From a virus (taxonomy: Duplodnaviria > Caudoviricetes): 53,301 bases of DNA. The stretch is taken from positions 1 through 53,301 of the IMG/VR virus record IMGVR_UViG_3300043219_000190. One strand, written 5' to 3'. How positions within the stretch are numbered: position 1 is the stretch's first letter; the number at the start of each line of letters is the position of its first letter. The notes beneath the pieces are model-generated. The model was given only the letters and a program-made list of their open reading frames with translations. It did no database searches and had not been told where the DNA came from. A program made the position numbers and the translations under genes. Below, one piece after another: positions 10,943 to 19,495 of this stretch.

Positions 10943-11350
10943 ATGTCAGTACATGGAGCAGTGAGAAAATTTGTATTAAACGGTTTAGAGAGATCTTTAT
11001 CAGGCGATAACGACCCAGCAGTAACTGAAGGTGGTCGATACGTTTCAGAAAAGCAGGAAACCAATAATGGTAAACCTGTTTTTATTATAGATATCGCAAC
11101 CGGTGTTGTATCAGGTTTAGAGGAAAGAGTTTCACATCAAGCTGGAACTTTTAAAACCTTAAACGACGCCATGAAAATATGCGGAGAAGGAACCGGTGTA
11201 TCTTGTGAGATCACTTACGCCGACGGTTACACATCAGTTGGTGCTGGTGGAGTTATGATAATTCCAGACAATGCAGCCGACGGGATGGTAACAGTCAGAG
11301 AAGGTAAAGCAGCCTACTCTGTCCACCCATTAGACGGTTATTGGACATAA
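10943..11350 (+). CDS. Tail tube protein
   Basis: 135 aa following sheath, GGAGGT SD. Confidence 0.75.
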   Translation: MSVHGAVRKFVLNGLERSLSGDNDPAVTEGGRYVSEKQETNNGKPVFIIDIATGVVSGLEERVSHQAGTFKTLNDAMKICGEGTGVSCEITYADGYTSVGAGGVMIIPDNAADGMVTVREGKAAYSVHPLDGYWT

Positions 11351-11360
11351 TTGTAATTTT

Positions 11361-11395
11361 AGGGTAACTATAATATAATGTAGTTACCCTTTTTT
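11361..11395 (+). terminator. Intrinsic terminator after tube gene, overlapping a promoter
   Basis: AGGGTAACTA/TAGTTACCCT perfect 10-bp stem followed by a T run. Confidence 0.75.
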
Positions 11396-11446
11396 AGTTA
11401 TAAGGGAAAAAAATTAAAAGCAGAATCATCTGTAGGAGAAAAAATC

Positions 11447-11965
11447 ATGGACAATGAAAACGAAAATCAAGTTATGACACGTGAGAACGCAATTGCAGAA
11501 TTAAACAGAATTACAAAGTATTTCGGTTTTAATATCTCAATGGAAGTAGTCGAGCAGAAAATGACAGTTGAAATGAATAACATGCCTGTACACATCCAAC
11601 AAGAAAGAGTCGACGCAGATGTATTTATTACAAAAATTATGTCTGGGAAAATTAAATTTGACGACGATATAAATAAATTAGTTTTAACATTAAACGAACC
11701 AATTACAACAGATACAGGAACTACTTCAGAAATATGTTTTGGTAAAGTTACAATGGCAACAGTTAAAAGTATAAAATGGACAAATGATAAAAACAAAACT
11801 CAATCAGTCCAGTTAAAAGAAATCAATTTTGGAACTATGGACGATAAAAGAGCCGACGCCGTATTAATGGCCATGTCTGGAATATCAGATCATGAAATAT
11901 TTAGTAATTTAGAAATAACCGATATGTTAGACCTTAAATTCATCGGAGCATACTATTTCAACTAA
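11447..11965 (+). CDS. Tail assembly chaperone (G/gpE-like)
   Basis: Between tube and tape measure; C-terminal IFSNLEITDM..L....YF pattern. Confidence 0.7.
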   Translation: MDNENENQVMTRENAIAELNRITKYFGFNISMEVVEQKMTVEMNNMPVHIQQERVDADVFITKIMSGKIKFDDDINKLVLTLNEPITTDTGTTSEICFGKVTMATVKSIKWTNDKNKTQSVQLKEINFGTMDDKRADAVLMAMSGISDHEIFSNLEITDMLDLKFIGAYYFN

Positions 11966-12138
11966 TCCTTAATTGGGTATTTGTAATATGTACCCGATTT
12001 CAAGTTTTACCATCTTGGTATGTAAAAACAAAAACATGGGAAGATTTAGCCATGGATTACGAAATGGCTAAAACCGCCAATGAAATAGACCAACAGAAAG
12101 AAGATGCTAGGTATAAGCAGATTTCTGGGAATAAATAG
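11938..12138 (+). CDS. -1 frame extension of tail chaperone (GT/E'-like), not in ORF track
   Basis: Open -1 frame overlapping the chaperone end: LNWVFVICTRFQVLPSWYVKTKTWEDLAMDYEMAK...; no own SD/start; followed by a terminator. Confidence 0.65.
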   Translation: MHRSILFQLILNWVFVICTRFQVLPSWYVKTKTWEDLAMDYEMAKTANEIDQQKEDARYKQISGNK

Positions 12139-12142
12139 GATT

Positions 12143-12170
12143 AGTGGGAACCGAAATTCCCACTTTTTTG
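12143..12170. terminator. Terminator between convergent genes
   Basis: AGTGGGAA-ccgaaa-TTCCCACT followed by a T run. Confidence 0.8.
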
Positions 12171-12179
12171 TTTATAAGG

Positions 12180-12356
12180 TTAATCTAAAACCCATCTTAA
12201 AATTCTTAAATCAGCTTTTATGTTATCAAGTTCACCCTCTAAATCTTCAATATCATAATTATCATCTTCTTTAGAATTTTTAATATAACCCCTTGTTTTA
12301 GATAAAGCTTTTTCTCTATCTATAATCCTTTCTTCTACTTGCTCAATTGTTTTCAT
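12180..12356 (-). CDS. Small coiled-coil cargo protein (start MKTIEQ)
   Basis: AAGGAG SD preceded by UUCG hairpin. Confidence 0.7.
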   Translation of the reverse strand: MKTIEQVEERIIDREKALSKTRGYIKNSKEDDNYDIEDLEGELDNIKADLRILRWVLD

Positions 12357-12386
12357 ATTATCTCCTTGCCCCGAAGGGCTCAATTG

Positions 12387-12650
12387 TTATGCCAACATGT
12401 CTCCGATACAATCGGTACTAAAAGGGTTTTCCCAAGCATTTGGAACTTCCGCCCTTGTATCAATTGCGCCCATATTAGAAAGCTTTTCAACAGTATCCTG
12501 TAATTTTGAATATAATTTTTGATATGTCAATGTTTCAGGGTTTGACCACCTTAATTTGGCTATTAGGCTTGAAGTGATTGATTCTAAAGTCTCTTGGTCA
12601 TCTGTTCTATTTATTAACGCTATAGTAACTCTTTTAATCTCTGTCATCAT
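12387..12650 (-). CDS. Hypothetical cargo protein
   Basis: ORF with AAGGGG SD downstream of leftward promoter. Confidence 0.65.
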   Translation of the reverse strand: MMTEIKRVTIALINRTDDQETLESITSSLIAKLRWSNPETLTYQKLYSKLQDTVEKLSNMGAIDTRAEVPNAWENPFSTDCIGDMLA

Positions 12651-12667
12651 GTACCCCTTTTCTTCCC

Positions 12668-12766
12668 TAACTATCTACACAATACCACAACCATTTAATC
12701 ATGTCTACTATATCCAACAAAAAAACACACTTTTTTTAATTTATTTTTAATGCTATAATAAAACCT
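12668..12766. promoter_or_regulatory. Divergent promoter module copy 1
   Basis: Minus: TAGACA (12702-07), 17 bp, TATTGT. Plus: TGcTATAAT (12751-59), 7 nt before tape-measure ATG. Confidence 0.8.
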
Positions 12767-14803
12767 ATGGGACGAAGATTTATTATTCAGACAGATTACA
12801 AATCAGATGGTTCACAAGTTTTAAAAACTCAATCAAAAATGTCACGGTCTTTTTCAAGATTAGCAACTAACATGGCAGATAAAAATTCCATGATTTCAAG
12901 ATCATTTGGAAAAGTTAATCAATCAATAAATCGTGTTGCTATGGTTGGACTAGTTGCATTAATTGGTGCTTTTGGTTTAGCTGCTAATGAGTTTATTAAA
13001 TTCGACCAAACCATAACTGGTGCGAATGCAAGATTTAAAGATACCGTTTTAGGATCACAGCAAGCCGTCACGAATTTAGCATTGCTCAAAAAAGAAGCAC
13101 GAGCAGTTGCAGCAACTTCACAATTCTTAGGAACAGAGACAGCAGCAGGTTTAAACTTCTACGCAAAAGCAGGTTTCACAACCACTGAAGCCATGGCAGT
13201 TTTAGCCGATACAATAGATTTGGCAACAGTAGCCGAAGCAGATTTTAATAGAACCGCCGATATTTCATCAGACTTGTTAGGTGCATTAGGTAAAAATGTT
13301 CAAGATTCAGCCAAAAAAATAGAGAATTTAAAAGATATAAATAGAGCATTAGGTTTAACCGCTAATAGTGCAAATGTAGATTTGGAAGATTTATTCGAAA
13401 CCTTAAAAGTAGCTGCACCGATCGCAACGGCTGCAGGTGAAGGAATGCATGAACTTTTCGCAATCACTGGAGCATTGGGTGGTGCAGGTATTAAGGGTTC
13501 AATGGGTGCAACAGCATTAAAGAATGCTTATATAAGATTAGCAGCACCAACGGACAAAGTTACAGCAGCATTGGATAGGTTGGGATTAAGTCAAAAAGAT
13601 TTTGTAACCGCCGATGGTGATATGAAATCCATGGTTAATATAATGAAACAGTTAGGGGATGCATCAAAAGATTTAGGTAATGCCGATCAATTAGGTATAT
13701 TCTCAGAAATATTTGGAAAGAATGCAGTAGCTGGAGCCGTTAATTTATCTAAATCATTATCAGAAATAGAATTTATTATGGCAAAACTTGAATCCGCAAC
13801 AGCCTTAAAAGATCTAGCCGATGAAATCAGAACAGGTTTAGGAATGCAAATAGAAATATTAAAATCGGGATTACTAGAATTAGGTTTTCAATTTGTCGAA
13901 ACGTTCGAGAAAGATGGTCGGGGAGCTTTAGAGGAAATGATTAAATCGGTTCAAAGTTTCGATATTCAACCCATTGTTGAAATTTCAAAAGTATTTGTAT
14001 CTTTCATTAAATTCATAGCCAAAAACTGGAAAACCCTAGTCATTTTTGCAGCTGGAATTAAAGCCGTTGGTATAGCAATGGGAATTTTAACAATAGCCAC
14101 ACAATTTTTTGGTGTAGCATTAGCAGCAACCCCTGTCGGAATGATAATAACCGCCGTATTCTTATTCGGTGCAGCATTAGCCTTTTTATGGACACACATA
14201 GACGAAGTTAACACAGTAGTTAAGATCATGGGTAATTGGTTCAAATGGTTAGGAAAAGTAATCCTAGATTTCTTAATAATGGTCGGAAAGAAAATATTAA
14301 ATCTTCTTTTAGCTCCAATAAGATTAGCCGTTTCAATAATACAGGTACTTGCAGAAAAATGGGACGCTATTAAAAAATCATTCGCAGACGGTGGTTTTTT
14401 AAATGGAATATTAGGATTAGGAAAGACTCTATTGTCGGCAGTATTAGCCCCAATACAGGCTATTTTGGAACTAATTAGTAAAATCCCTGGTATTGGAAAC
14501 CTTGCAAAAGGTGGTGCTCTAAAGATTGAGGAAATAAGGAAATCACTAATAGATTTTAAAGATATACCTGAACAAAATAAACCAGAATTTCTACAACCAG
14601 AACAACCAACACCACAATTTCCATCAGTATTTAATACTAACACAGCACAAACCCCACAACCAACACCGCCAGAAGGTTCAAGTGGATCGGGTACACTAGA
14701 TATTAATATAAATGATAAATCTAACGGCAATGCAGAAGTTAAACAGAGTCGTAACATGCCGATTGGTGTTAATATTGGTATTAGCCCAACTTATGGGTTT
14801 TAG
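12767..14803 (+). CDS. Tape measure protein (TP901-like core)
   Basis: AAGLNFYAKAGF, GIKGSMGATALK, IFGKNA motifs; hydrophobic repeats. Confidence 0.93.
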   Translation: MGRRFIIQTDYKSDGSQVLKTQSKMSRSFSRLATNMADKNSMISRSFGKVNQSINRVAMVGLVALIGAFGLAANEFIKFDQTITGANARFKDTVLGSQQAVTNLALLKKEARAVAATSQFLGTETAAGLNFYAKAGFTTTEAMAVLADTIDLATVAEADFNRTADISSDLLGALGKNVQDSAKKIENLKDINRALGLTANSANVDLEDLFETLKVAAPIATAAGEGMHELFAITGALGGAGIKGSMGATALKNAYIRLAAPTDKVTAALDRLGLSQKDFVTADGDMKSMVNIMKQLGDASKDLGNADQLGIFSEIFGKNAVAGAVNLSKSLSEIEFIMAKLESATALKDLADEIRTGLGMQIEILKSGLLELGFQFVETFEKDGRGALEEMIKSVQSFDIQPIVEISKVFVSFIKFIAKNWKTLVIFAAGIKAVGIAMGILTIATQFFGVALAATPVGMIITAVFLFGAALAFLWTHIDEVNTVVKIMGNWFKWLGKVILDFLIMVGKKILNLLLAPIRLAVSIIQVLAEKWDAIKKSFADGGFLNGILGLGKTLLSAVLAPIQAILELISKIPGIGNLAKGGALKIEEIRKSLIDFKDIPEQNKPEFLQPEQPTPQFPSVFNTNTAQTPQPTPPEGSSGSGTLDININDKSNGNAEVKQSRNMPIGVNIGISPTYGF

Positions 14804-14824
14804 ATATTTAAGGAGAAATAAACC

Positions 14825-15982
14825 ATGCCAGTACAAGTTAAATCAATAAAAGAAAATGCTCAAAATTCACTAACTGATATAGAGTCAAAAACTAATCAAA
14901 ACACTCCAGAGGTGGACGTTGCATATAATAGAATAGTTGCAAATGCACAAGCTGGTTTAGCTACATTGTGTCAAATCCATAATGTGGATCAAAGAAAAGA
15001 ATGTTTTCCACAAACCGCAACTGAAAAAGTGGGTCTATTATTTTGGGCTGGTTTAGTTAATAGGCCACGTGGTAAAGGTACGCAAGCAGAATTACAAGCA
15101 TTAGCAACAGGAACCGACGGTGTAACTTTAGGCTCTGGTAGTACCGGTCCACGTTGGATCGCAAACAGCGGAATAAACTACACAACTAAAACAGGTGGAT
15201 TAATCTCTGGTGGAAGTGTATCTATAACCGTTTTAGCTAATCAATACGGTGTTGAGGGTACTCTACAAATAGGTGACGAAATAACTTTAACAACTACAAT
15301 CCCAGGAGTTAATACAACCGCCACAATCACAGCAATAAACGTTGTAGGTGCTGAAGAGGAAAACGTGGAAGCGTGGAGATCCGCAATTATACAGTTAGCA
15401 GCCTTCCCACCAAACACTGGAACCTCTTCATGGTTTTTTAACGAAACTATATCAGTACCTGGTATAACTAGATGTTACCCATATGTAAATCAAACATTCC
15501 CGGGACAGGAACTATTATATTGTGTTGCAGATGATAATGTTGACGGAACCCCAACAGCCCCACAATTAGACGCCGTAGAAGATCACTATAAAACAGCAAA
15601 TAAAAATATAATGTGGTCAACCGATCTATTACCGAATGCAGAAAAAAGAATAATAGCTCTAGTTTCACCATTCGACGTTTACGATGTAGTAATAACGGAC
15701 GGAACCCCAGCACTTTCTGCAAGTTTAAAAACCAAAATAGAAGCATCAATAAATAATTATTTCCTAACACGTAACCCATTTATCCTTGGTCTATCCCTAT
15801 TAAATCAAGGCTCAGTCGAAAAAGTAGCAATAACAGCAGTTGCACAAAATACAATCGATGCACAAACAGGAGAAACTGGAAAATTCACAGATATCGGATT
15901 AACTAAACAAGGTTTTCCACCAGAAGATGCATATATACTAATGCCAGGTTATCGGGCTACAGCTAATATTAGTTATACTTAA
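14825..15982 (+). CDS. Baseplate J / Mu gp47-like wedge protein
   Basis: FPQTAT, VGAEEENVEAWRSAI, SVPGITRCY, PTAPQLDAV motifs. Confidence 0.88.
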   Translation: MPVQVKSIKENAQNSLTDIESKTNQNTPEVDVAYNRIVANAQAGLATLCQIHNVDQRKECFPQTATEKVGLLFWAGLVNRPRGKGTQAELQALATGTDGVTLGSGSTGPRWIANSGINYTTKTGGLISGGSVSITVLANQYGVEGTLQIGDEITLTTTIPGVNTTATITAINVVGAEEENVEAWRSAIIQLAAFPPNTGTSSWFFNETISVPGITRCYPYVNQTFPGQELLYCVADDNVDGTPTAPQLDAVEDHYKTANKNIMWSTDLLPNAEKRIIALVSPFDVYDVVITDGTPALSASLKTKIEASINNYFLTRNPFILGLSLLNQGSVEKVAITAVAQNTIDAQTGETGKFTDIGLTKQGFPPEDAYILMPGYRATANISYT

Positions 15983-16015
15983 TTATTGACATTATGATGT
16001 ATCAAGACTATATTT
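15979..16015 (+). promoter_or_regulatory. Promoter, copy 1 of a 37-bp direct repeat
   Basis: TTGACA (15986-91), 17 bp, TATATT; one mismatch to 16429-16465. Confidence 0.85.
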
Positions 16016-16043
16016 TCATTAGGCAGACAGACAGGAGACACAA

Positions 16044-16376
16044 ATGATTTTAAAATTAGGTTACACAGATTTAGACGGTATCAATGTATTTAGGTATGTT
16101 GAAGATTTTACAGAGTTAAAGATTACTCCTTTTTTAACAACTAAATATAAATATAATAAAGAAAGTAATATGGTTATTTACAATAAAAAGCATGATGTTC
16201 AAGGGGTAGACCTTTTATTTAACCCTAAAATATTAGAAGATAACGAAGTTAAAGAAATGAATATTACATACCTTTATTTCTTAGATACTAAAACATCTAC
16301 ATATATTTCATACGCTTGTTTATCTGATTCAGTATTTTTAATGAATGATAACGGTAAAACAATAGATAAATATTAA
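16044..16376 (+). CDS. Moron-type hypothetical protein
   Basis: Own promoter, CAGGAG SD and terminator; ends FLMNDNGKTIDKY. Confidence 0.75.
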   Translation: MILKLGYTDLDGINVFRYVEDFTELKITPFLTTKYKYNKESNMVIYNKKHDVQGVDLLFNPKILEDNEVKEMNITYLYFLDTKTSTYISYACLSDSVFLMNDNGKTIDKY

Positions 16377-16395
16377 AAAAATAAACAGTCTGCTC

Positions 16396-16426
16396 AAACC
16401 CTTTAATCTAATTAGAGGGTTTTTTT
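16396..16426. terminator. Intrinsic terminator
   Basis: AACCCTTTAA/TTAGAGGGTT stem with T run. Confidence 0.8.
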
Positions 16427-16428
16427 AA

Positions 16429-16465
16429 TTAATTATTGACATTATGATGTATCAAGATTATATTT
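16429..16465 (+). promoter_or_regulatory. Promoter, copy 2 of 37-bp direct repeat
   Basis: 450 bp after copy 1; no sizeable plus-strand ORF downstream. Confidence 0.8.
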
Positions 16466-16536
16466 AACCCAGTCATGAAATTCAAAATTTTATTTTCTTA
16501 GTTATCTTGGCACAATACTCTCCTTAATGATTTAAC

Positions 16537-16746
16537 TTAGTACCCGTCACAGGGTACTTTTTTGTTTACAAGGTAGTTTTTATTTAAGTCCTGTAACCAA
16601 GATTCATAACCAAACCATTTAAAATTGTTTTCAATTTGCCTTTTATGAGTATTTTTTAAATTAATTATTGTCGCAATATCCATGTTACAGGATATTGCGT
16701 TATTTAAAGTTTCAGTAAATAGGATTTCTAGTTTCATATTATTCAC
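16537..16746 (-). CDS. Hypothetical cargo protein
   Basis: GTGA overlap with upstream ORF. Confidence 0.55.
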   Translation of the reverse strand: MNNMKLEILFTETLNNAISCNMDIATIINLKNTHKRQIENNFKWFGYESWLQDLNKNYLVNKKVPCDGY

Positions 16747-16919
16747 CTCAGTTCAGAAACAAGTCCACCTATAGCAGAAGGAGTAAACCCATATTTTTTA
16801 TACATCTTCTTAGAAAATACTAGCGTAATTTTATTATTATTCTCCTCTAAAAACTTTTTTATTTCATTTTTCACAACTTCTCTTCGTTGTAATCCATTAT
16901 TAATCCCATATTTATTCAT
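16743..16919 (-). CDS. 58-aa cargo protein (MNKYGINNGLQRREVV...), not in ORF track
   Basis: Hand-translated ORF with AAGGAG SD preceded by UACG hairpin. Confidence 0.7.
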   Translation of the reverse strand: MNKYGINNGLQRREVVKNEIKKFLEENNNKITLVFSKKMYKKYGFTPSAIGGLVSELR

Positions 16920-16942
16920 ATTATCTCCTTACCCCGTAGGGC

Positions 16943-17170
16943 TTATTTGTTAAACCAAGTTGTAGCATCAATATGATTAACTGGATATTCTTTTGATACA
17001 TTACCAAGAACAACTCGAACTAATTCAGTCCCTTTCTTAGATACTCTAAAACCAACTAAATCAAAGTCACCATCACGTATCATCTCTTTTACAGTTTTAA
17101 AATCCGATTCAACAACCTCTTGGCTTAAAAACTCTCTTAATCTGTTTATTTCTTTTCTATTTAACATCAC
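16943..17170 (-). CDS. Hypothetical cargo protein
   Basis: First ORF after leftward promoter, AAGGTGG SD. Confidence 0.65.
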   Translation of the reverse strand: MMLNRKEINRLREFLSQEVVESDFKTVKEMIRDGDFDLVGFRVSKKGTELVRVVLGNVSKEYPVNHIDATTWFNK

Positions 17171-17189
17171 TGTACCACCTTTCCTTATT

Positions 17190-17289
17190 TAACTATCTAT
17201 ATAATACCCTTTATAACTAATCATGTCTACAAAAATAACCAAAATAAACAATCTTTTTTAAATTATTTTTTCATGCTATAATAACCCTT
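17190..17289. promoter_or_regulatory. Divergent promoter module copy 2
   Basis: Minus: TAGACA (17224-29), 17 bp, TATTAT. Plus: TGcTATAAT (17274-82), 7 nt before ATG 17290. Confidence 0.8.
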
Positions 17290-18174
17290 ATGGATAACCT
17301 AATCGAAAAATCATTAAAATCATTATTTCCAACTGGTGAAATTGCATGGGACGGCATGAATAACGGAACCATGAGAGAGATTTCCGACGGTTTAGCAATT
17401 CAAGGTGATCGTGATTATAAAGACGGTAAATCAATAGTTACTGATTTCTACCCAAATACGACCACACTACAAACCGAATGGGAAGAAACATATAAACTAC
17501 CAGCAGGTGAGATATTAACCCCAGAACAGCGAACAGCGCGATTAAATGCCGTTTGGTCACGTGAAGAGGTGGCAAGTTTTGACGGTATGAATCATATGTA
17601 TGAATTATCGGGAATTCCAGTTATCGCACGACCTCTATTACCTAGTGAAGATCCAAGAGTTATTGCAGAAGCCAAACCCGTATTTGATGTTTTTACAACA
17701 GTATTCGATGATGTAGTTTTTGGTGTCGATTCAGTATTCGGGGGATTCTCAGAAATTGAAGCGGAATTTCTCCCAACAATATTTGCAGACGGTCGACCAG
17801 GTGATCCAGCAATTAATTATTTAACAGTTTTCGACGATATAGTTTTCGGAGTAGATTCAGTATTCGGAGACTTTGAAGGTTCAAGAGTAGATCCGCCACA
17901 ATTAACAATTCCAGATGAAACTTGGACATGGCCTATGATCTATATAATAGAAGGACTAGACGGTGAATTTGCAGAAATACCAATCGAATTAAAAGATGCA
18001 TATGAATTTTTAACATATAAAAATAAACCCAATTTTATGTGGGCAATATCGAGAGTTGTATTTTTTGAAGAACCAATTCCAGTATTTAACGAAAATATAG
18101 TAACAGACGATGGGTTTACATTTGTCACAGATGATGGATTCAATATAGTAACACAAACCACGGAGGAAATTTAA
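17290..18174 (+). CDS. Mu gp48/YmfQ-like baseplate protein with internal repeats
   Basis: LKSLFPTG.IAW, P.TT..LQTEWEE...LP, EQRTARL, terminal KP motif. Confidence 0.8.
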   Translation: MDNLIEKSLKSLFPTGEIAWDGMNNGTMREISDGLAIQGDRDYKDGKSIVTDFYPNTTTLQTEWEETYKLPAGEILTPEQRTARLNAVWSREEVASFDGMNHMYELSGIPVIARPLLPSEDPRVIAEAKPVFDVFTTVFDDVVFGVDSVFGGFSEIEAEFLPTIFADGRPGDPAINYLTVFDDIVFGVDSVFGDFEGSRVDPPQLTIPDETWTWPMIYIIEGLDGEFAEIPIELKDAYEFLTYKNKPNFMWAISRVVFFEEPIPVFNENIVTDDGFTFVTDDGFNIVTQTTEEI

Positions 18175-18175
18175 C

Positions 18176-18895
18176 ATGGCAGATAAACCATTCAAAAGTA
18201 CATCATATGATGCAGCGCAGGACATAACAGAAGCACAGGACGGTTTTTTAATCGAGCAACCGTCATTCGCTGGAGTACGTAAACAAACATGGATTCTATT
18301 TTCATCAGTAAGAGCATGGATATTAACATTTTCCGAATTCGCCCAAATGACATATAATAAAAGTGCAATTGCTGCTAATAAAAATCAAATTGAAAACAAT
18401 AAAGGTGAAATTGACGGGCATAGTGTTGATATTAATAATAATAGTAATGCTATTAATAGTAATGTTACCGATATTGGTAATAATACTACTGCGATTGGTG
18501 TTAATGCTGGAAATATTTCTGATAATGATACCGATATTGGTAATTTACAAAATAAAACACCACAGAGCTATAAAACAACTGATGCTGTTGAATTTGTCAG
18601 TGTTAAAAGTTCAGTTTATTTTATCGAAGAGTCATCTAAGATTGCTGGTGATATATATGATGAAATGATAATATCAGTATTGAAAGATGTGGGAGATATC
18701 TGTATAGTATCTGGAACCGCAAATATTTCTGGTCTTAGAAGAAATATTTCATTCATGGAAAGAAAAACCTCTACACAGATATATGTTTACACTTATAACC
18801 ATGACTCTGGGGCTCTTATTACCGTGATTATTAATTCAGCTAGTGCATCAGTATGGTCTAATGTATTATTTTGCACTGGAATACATAAAGTATAA
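18176..18895 (+). CDS. Fibre-like virion protein with trimeric coiled coil
   Basis: About nine I-x-x-N-x-x-x heptads followed by a beta-rich head. Confidence 0.55.
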   Translation: MADKPFKSTSYDAAQDITEAQDGFLIEQPSFAGVRKQTWILFSSVRAWILTFSEFAQMTYNKSAIAANKNQIENNKGEIDGHSVDINNNSNAINSNVTDIGNNTTAIGVNAGNISDNDTDIGNLQNKTPQSYKTTDAVEFVSVKSSVYFIEESSKIAGDIYDEMIISVLKDVGDICIVSGTANISGLRRNISFMERKTSTQIYVYTYNHDSGALITVIINSASASVWSNVLFCTGIHKV

Positions 18896-18903
18896 AAGAT
18901 CAC

Positions 18904-19383
18904 TTAATAAAATAATTCATCAAAACTATAGCTATACTTGACATCACTATCAACCCTACGTCCTGTTTGTGGTTCAATTAAGTCACCGTTTGATAATTGA
19001 ACCACAGCATGATTTGCATTTCCACCTTCGATAATTGTTCTAGAATCCTCAATTAGTACTAAGTTAGCTTTTTCCCCTTTTTTTACATAAAGAATATTTA
19101 TATATAGTATAGCGAAATCTTCACAATCACCACTTTTGTTTAAAAAAGTTTCTTCAGGTGACTGAAATTCATCTCTAATGTCGACTTTATATTCAATCAT
19201 ATGCCTTAATTTAAACCCTAAGTTAAAGTAAGTGCTAAAATCAGGAAGATAATCACTGGCATATATTTCTAAACTACCATCATTTATGCGTTCATATATT
19301 AAAGAATCAATCCTCATGCTAGAACTTTCCAATTCACATCCCATAAACAAAATACAAAAAACAGTAATAATAATCTCTTTCAC
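18904..19383 (-). CDS. Lipoprotein with transglutaminase-like Cys-protease domain
   Basis: Start probably GTG 19383 after GGAGGGG; signal ...ILFMG-C; GDCEDFA and HAVV motifs. Confidence 0.8.
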   Translation of the reverse strand: MKEIIITVFCILFMGCELESSSMRIDSLIYERINDGSLEIYASDYLPDFSTYFNLGFKLRHMIEYKVDIRDEFQSPEETFLNKSGDCEDFAILYINILYVKKGEKANLVLIEDSRTIIEGGNANHAVVQLSNGDLIEPQTGRRVDSDVKYSYSFDELFY

Positions 19384-19399
19384 AATAAACCCCTCCAAC

Positions 19400-19495
19400 A
19401 TATCTACAGAATACCATCAATACTAACTAATGTCTATAACATACACCATTAAATACAATCTTTTTTAATTATATTAATCATGCTATAATAAAAGT
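19400..19495. promoter_or_regulatory. Divergent promoter module copy 3
   Basis: Minus: TAGACA (19431-36), 17 bp, TATTCT. Plus: TGcTATAAT (19481-89), 6 nt before ATG 19496. Confidence 0.8.

Noticed and set aside
13966-14757. 263-aa antisense ORF in tape measure (and similar antisense ORFs at 196, 5141, 28598, 47409, 49399)
   Set aside because: Shadow frames of well-supported genes, no SD or motifs
16021-16393. 5'-3' UTR pairing (GGCAGAC/GTCTGCT) suggesting a type I toxin mRNA
   Set aside because: Only 7 bp and the protein is not a small hydrophobic toxin
18363-18668. Hydrophobic alternate-frame ORF in the fibre-like gene
   Set aside because: Expected by-product of repeated AAT/ATT codons; no start signals
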